Assembly: GCF_031769215.1 (NCBI RefSeq)
Contig: NW_026781965.1
Span: 2,914,001-2,978,000 of the forward strand
Length of the DNA stretch: 64,000 bases
Reading direction: 5' to 3'
DNA from: Ylistrum balloti
Lineage: Eukaryota
The notes below the pieces were generated by a model. It saw only the letters and a list, made by a program, of their open reading frames with translations. It did no database searches and was not told the origin of the DNA. The position numbers were made by a program, and so were the translations under genes. How positions within the stretch are numbered: position 1 is the first letter of the stretch; each line of letters starts with the position of its first letter. Below are positions 58,371-64,000 of the stretch, in pieces.

Positions 58371-61300
58371 ACTCCCCCCTCCCCAACCCACCCACACACA
58401 TTAAAATCGATAAATTTCAGACAGTGATATCACGTTCCCACGTTACAACGAAACCATCAGACAAACTAACGAGCATCAAACATGTCCGACTTCATGTCGC
58501 CCAGAGAAATAGAAGAATATTTCTAAATAAGATCATTATGTTTCTAAATAAGATCATTATGAAGACCATGAAACTTCCTCATTATCTGTATCAGCCTGAA
58601 TCTCTCGTAACCATGTGTAGTGTGCATGTATGTTGCCGACTTCTTGGCAAAAAGTTCTTGAATTTGAATCACCACCGGCATGTTAACTCCGAAAAGTTAA
58701 AAGTTGAGGTTTTTTTTTTTCATTCATCCAAAACCTACTCTTACCATAACACATGGTAGCTGTCACGCGTGGCAGAAAGCCAAACATGGTTTAGTTTCTA
58801 GGCTTTGTCTTATTCTATATGCATAGTCTTCATTCTAACGCTGACCATGGTAATTTTCACTGGCTTTTTAAAACTCTTCTAATTATATGATGACGAAATA
58901 TTGTGTATTTTACACATGGAATAGTTAATGAGCTAAAAAGTATTTAATTTTATCTGCGACGTTTCATCGATCAAAAGATTTTGTGCAGAAAGATACCAAA
59001 CGTGTTTTGAATAACAAACAATATGCAGCTGACTTAAAGCGCTGCAAGGTAGATAAAATGATTAATTCAAAACATTCTTTGTTTGTCTACAACCTGTTTT
59101 AAGCGAAGATTGTCGGCAGTTGCGCACTAAAGTTAGTATGACAGATTTCGTATTACGATATATTAAGGTACTCCTATTCAAAACAATCTGGCGACATATC
59201 ACGATGTACTTGTATTCAAATTCTATTTTTAGAACAAACGTAATGAACAAGCTGAATTTGAGGTTTAATCCAATTCCTCTGGAAAATCATCTAAGATCGG
59301 CTTTTAAATCCTTCAAACAGTTGTACAAATATGTTGCAATACATTGCCATACTAAAAGATATGTTTCAAGCACTGAGTAATAGGACTGATATCTAAGGAC
59401 AGTGTTCTAGTCTTAAACACATTAGGAATGACTTCAACGAATCTGATTCACGATATGAATGAGTTCGATGAGGTGCACATGAAACAATATAAAACAATTT
59501 TGAAACAATGAAGGCAAAAATTAATTGTGTAGAGCCTTAGCCCTAGAATTGCCTTAAAATCAATGACGTAGTTATGGCATTAGCTTTTCCGAATGATTGT
59601 AAAACATACACAGCCTTTCCAACAGATTTCCGTTCCTCTAAGGGCTGAACGGTGGAAATTCAAAAAGGTGATTATGCGTCATGGGAATTCTCATAAAATA
59701 GAATGTGTTACGTAGGTATCTTTTTAAATTACTTTAAAAAACATAACCTTTGAGATAAAAGTCTGTAGTTTCAGCTACAGTATTCAAATTTTGAAGGACA
59801 AATTCTATGGAAAATTTTCCATTACCAAATCTTTAGAAATCCTTAACTTGTACATACTTCTTTTTCATGATCAATGGTTTAAATTTTCCATTCGTCGTTG
59901 TATACTTGCCGGATTTCTCATGGACAACTCTTAAGTCTTAAATCTGGTTCTTTGAAACTAGTGATATACATAAAGTGTTTAGACATGCACATAAGCATCA
60001 GATATCGGGTGCGTGACTCTGAACTGATAGATATAATGCGGCCTGTGGGCTCCTTTGAATATGCACAACCAAGAATAGCTTTCGTATATCTTATATAACC
60101 AAAATCGTCGAACTATGAACCGGTTTCATCCAAACAAACACTATTTTCAAATAAATATCATGCGTCGCTTATATAGAATTCCCGTCGTGAATATGAAGCC
60201 GAGGAATTTTTTTTTCTACATCAGAATACAATGAAGTACTTTCATTTTCAACTTGGAACTGTGACCATTAAAAATACGACTGCACGAGATTAATTTCCAA
60301 CACTGTATGTGGACCGGATTATAATGCTTATTGTTCACTGATCAATGATATCTTAGTTTAATAGTAATTTTAACCGGAAGGAACGTGACTTTAAATATTG
60401 GCTGATAACAAAGCGTAATTATTGTCGGAGACACAAGGAGGGGCGGTTATTATTCCTTATTACCCACAGTAATGAATAAACCAAAATGTGCTGTTAGGTA
60501 TATGTATAAGATAAATATTGTAAAACGGCAAACACGTTTGGTTATGATGGCAATTTAATATTATCAACTTCAGACAATTTTTGTAACACTATCTTGAAAT
60601 TCACGCTCTCGCACTGAATTGAATGCTGTAAGAAACAAGACGTATTTGGTCATCGTAAATAATTTGATTGATTATGTAATTGTTTTGGATATATTGTATC
60701 TAATTCGAAATTTGAATTGATAGTTGCAATTTACTGATCTGTCTTGTGAACGGTTCCCGATGTTTCCTTATATTTGCCCTATCATGATTGCAGCGTTGCA
60801 CTAATGACGCTAACCCTTCCGGTCTTACTCTACTAGTACTTTTTCTAATAGTGTCAATGTAAATATTTCTTACGTTCATATTTTGCCCTAGTTTTACCGA
60901 TTTCTAGATTGAACTCAGATATCGCTATCATGTAAGTATTATGTTATTTATTCTAACCTCTTAAATATTTCAAACACACGAGTTTTGAAAACTGATTTCA
61001 GTTATTTCTTTAATATTGTTTTTCGTTAATTATGTTAATGTTTAAAATCTTGTCCTGGATGATTTGCTGCTGGTCAATTCACAGAATTTTCTTTGCAATG
61101 ATACATTATTCTAGGATTGTACTTATATCCGATCACATGATTTGATACTGAAATGTTAAGTCTTTTGTTTATAAAACCTTGCATTATAGAACAAATGTAT
61201 CATTAATACGTTCACTCTAAACGTCGCACTCTTGATTCGAGAAATATAATGGAATATCAAGCTTATCCTTGGGTAAACCAATCATTTAATTAGTAATGGA

Positions 61301-61962
61301 CATTAAGGAAAGCACGCAATATTCTTAATTGATTATATGAATCGTAGAATCGGCCAAAAACATAGAAAGAACTTTGCCCAGTTTGCGAATCCGTAGCTGA
61401 AAGGGAGTTAACTCTAGGACAGTGTACAAACAGAAGGAAATTGCCGATCATTATAAGTTGGGGTGTCTTCTATATACACAGTACGTTTCAGTGCTGACAC
61501 TGGATGACATCCATTAGTCTTAGTAATAAACATTATTGCCTGTTCCTTTTCTTTGTACGCAATAGTTTTTACGGTTCGTTATCAGCCAAAATCTTCATAC
61601 ATGTGTGTGCATTATTGGTAATCTAGCATATGGATTGACGTTTCACGATTTTAATGTTTCTTAAAATAATTTCAACTTAGTTTCGTCTATTGTAAGAAAA
61701 ATGACATGTCGACCTGAATTTTATTTCTATATTTACTTTTTTTTTATACATTTGAGACCATTTCCTAATGCAATTTGTTTTCTACCACTTAAGGCCAAGT
61801 GAAAGTATTACCAAACACTTACCATAAACAGTCACACTGTCATATGTTAAATGAAACCAAGTATAAATCTTAATGGACCTAGTGACCTTCCCATCAAGAT
61901 GACGACTTTTCTTTCGATCTCTTTAAATTTCCTTCAGACGCCTCCAAGACTTTAGGCCCTTA

Positions 61963-61998
61963 GCATCACTGACGGGTCCTAGAAGGACGGAATCAATC
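61963..61998 (+). ncRNA. Degenerate hammerhead-ribozyme-like motif (probably an inactive fossil)
   Basis: CTGACGG-GTCCT-aga-AGGAC-GGAA versus consensus CTGANGA-stem II-GAAA; stem II perfect, two core A>G changes, stems I/III not convincing. Confidence 0.35.
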
Positions 61999-62448
61999 CT
62001 TATTTGGCTTTACTGTATCTAACTCTTAATTTATATCAAAAGGTGCTATTCACTTGCATGTCTTTTGTACAATCATTGACAAGTCTGCAGGATATAGATA
62101 TATGAGGAGACATTTTTTTATTGTAATGTTAGAATTCGTGATTTGTTTGATAAATGTAGATAAATGAATTGTAAATTAAAAGTTTAAAAAATACAAAACA
62201 AACAAACAAACAACCAAAAAAAAAATTTAAAAAAAAAAACAAAAACAAAAAACAATGGATTTCTCAATTGCTATTTAACTTCGTGAGTATGTTACTCTTA
62301 TAAACAGAAATTCTACTTTAAGAATCTTTCAAATCAGTCGCTCGAAAAAAGTATGAATTACAAGATGTTGGAATGTTGAAAAACAACAATAAAATATCAA
62401 CATTTCAACATAATCATAATCCTATCTCAAATTCAACAAAACTAGGGC

Positions 62449-62549
62449 AATATATGAACAACGAAATATCTACACGGAGGTTCCTGAAAAAGAAGATTGA
62501 GAATAAGAACAGGTGTCCTGGAAGACTAAGCGTCTTATGCTTCATCGAT
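62449..62549 (+). repeat. Dispersed repeat family copy
   Basis: gcaatatatgaacaacgaa...caggtgtcctggaagactaagcgtcttatgcttcatcga. Confidence 0.8.
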
Positions 62550-63240
62550 TCTGAAATGCTGTCTTACAGAATTCTGTAAACAATATAAAAATGAAAGCAT
62601 GGCTGAAAAGACACAACTTGATAAAGCTTTACCTTTTGTACATGTGTTTTTTCCTTAGTACTGAAGATTACCCTGTATCGAATGCGATTTTGGATCTCTT
62701 TGTCAGAACGACATGTTGAGGAATTAAATCTCATAATTGATACATAGAGCTTGCTTTTCGAGATAACAATTTTTTTATCGGTACTGACTTGTAAGATATT
62801 GAAGAAGACGATCTAAACAGACAATATAACCCATTATAGGTCATTATATCAGACGAGTCAGCAAATCCTTTCCACTTCATTTCAAGATATAGTGATGTTG
62901 CCTCACTAAATCGTTTCCCTACATTGATTTTTCTATTTCTATAGATAAGTATTCCTGCTTTCTAAACTCATGTTGTTTACACGTCAAAATTGATTTGTTA
63001 GGCAAGGACTTGGTTCTAATTATTACCATGTCCGTGACAGATGTTGACATAACCTTAAAAATGCTACATGGGGTTTGGACAGATTCCAGCTGATTAAGAT
63101 TTAATGAAAGCTTTCCAGTCGCCATCTCCTTAAACATTTGAATTTTTGTGTGAAATTAAGTTAGCATTGTTCGATGTTCGTGTTGCTATTTAAGGTTGTT
63201 TCGTTATTAGATTTTCTGGTTTCATATCGTGTGGCATGGC

Positions 63241-63287
63241 GGGCGTCGTCAATAAAGCAGAAGACGCTTATCCCTTTGGAAGACCTG
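63241..63287 (-). repeat. Dispersed repeat family copy (inverted)
   Basis: gggcgtcgtcaataaagcagaagacgcttatccctttggaagacctg matches the reverse complement of 58324-58370. Confidence 0.78.
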
Positions 63288-64000
63288 GTCTCATTCTCCC
63301 TGTACTTTTACATAGTTCTCTGTATCAATTCTTCTTAATTCATAGTTTTGTCGATTTCGAGTTTGTATTTTGATTCTGTTGAGTCGTTTGTGTTATTGTT
63401 ACCTAGGATGTTAATAGTTATATACAATATAATAGACAATTACCACCTATTTATACGTAACATAAAACAAAAAATTACAGCAAGTTTTACTAGCGCAGAT
63501 AAGCTTTTTTATTTGCGTCTATAAAATGTCTTCTTATCGCAATGCTATACGAGGAATGTTTATAGGGGAGGTAACTTGTACATGCTTATACTAAAATCAC
63601 AAACGACACCAGTACTGTACTAGTGTCAAAATTTATTTCATTCAAACTGGTCTTTGACACATTGTCAAATGATCATTCGACATCGTTTTTTTTCCAATTG
63701 TTAATTGTAAAACTGATATAATCAACTTATACTTCATATATATGGAAAGGTTGAATAACGTGTGTATTCTAAAACCATTCGATAAAATCAAGGAGTGTCA
63801 CCATACTTATATTTTGAATGAGGTGTTACAACATCAGGAACCAATGAAAGAATGAAAGTGAAATCGAACGCACTAGACAAATATTGAAATAATTTCCGGT
63901 TTCACATATGGTACCCGTGTTTATCACTGACCATGTAAAGCATGGATACATTGTAATACGTCTACCATGGCAGATACCGATACAACATAGAAATTAGGTG

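Overview
AT-rich eukaryotic (animal) genomic DNA with GT-AG introns. The repeat content is typical of bivalve molluscs, which is an inference. There are no bacterial operons, rRNA, tRNA or CRISPR arrays. (1) 1485-33973 (+): the 3' part of a large gene. I could chain 19 coding exons with consistent intron phases into about 2,000 codons of mostly low-complexity protein (Ser/Ala/Lys repeat, short charged helical segment, Pro/Gln region, RS/SP-repeat region, 11-aa FG/NQ repeat). I do not recognise the gene and its 5' end is unresolved. Its introns hold about 10 unrelated minisatellite arrays, LINE fossils and a Helentron-type non-autonomous element. (2) 37650-40700 (+): two adjacent decayed HERO-clade (restriction-like endonuclease) non-LTR retrotransposon fragments. 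(3) 43380-54401 (+): a LITAF/SIMPLE-family gene with a complete split-zinc-ribbon LITAF domain and two candidate alternative first coding exons, each with a PPxY motif. (4) 54400-64000: intergenic DNA with dispersed repeats and a degenerate hammerhead-ribozyme-like motif. Most ORFs in the supplied track are artefacts of repeats or antisense reading. The best leads are the intronic arrays of consensus 5' splice sites, the two alternative LITAF N-termini, a candidate truncating last exon in the big gene, an IS3EU-type MITE with a 6-bp TSD, and an apparent CpG-depletion boundary near 37-41 kb. None of these is shown to be a new biological system.
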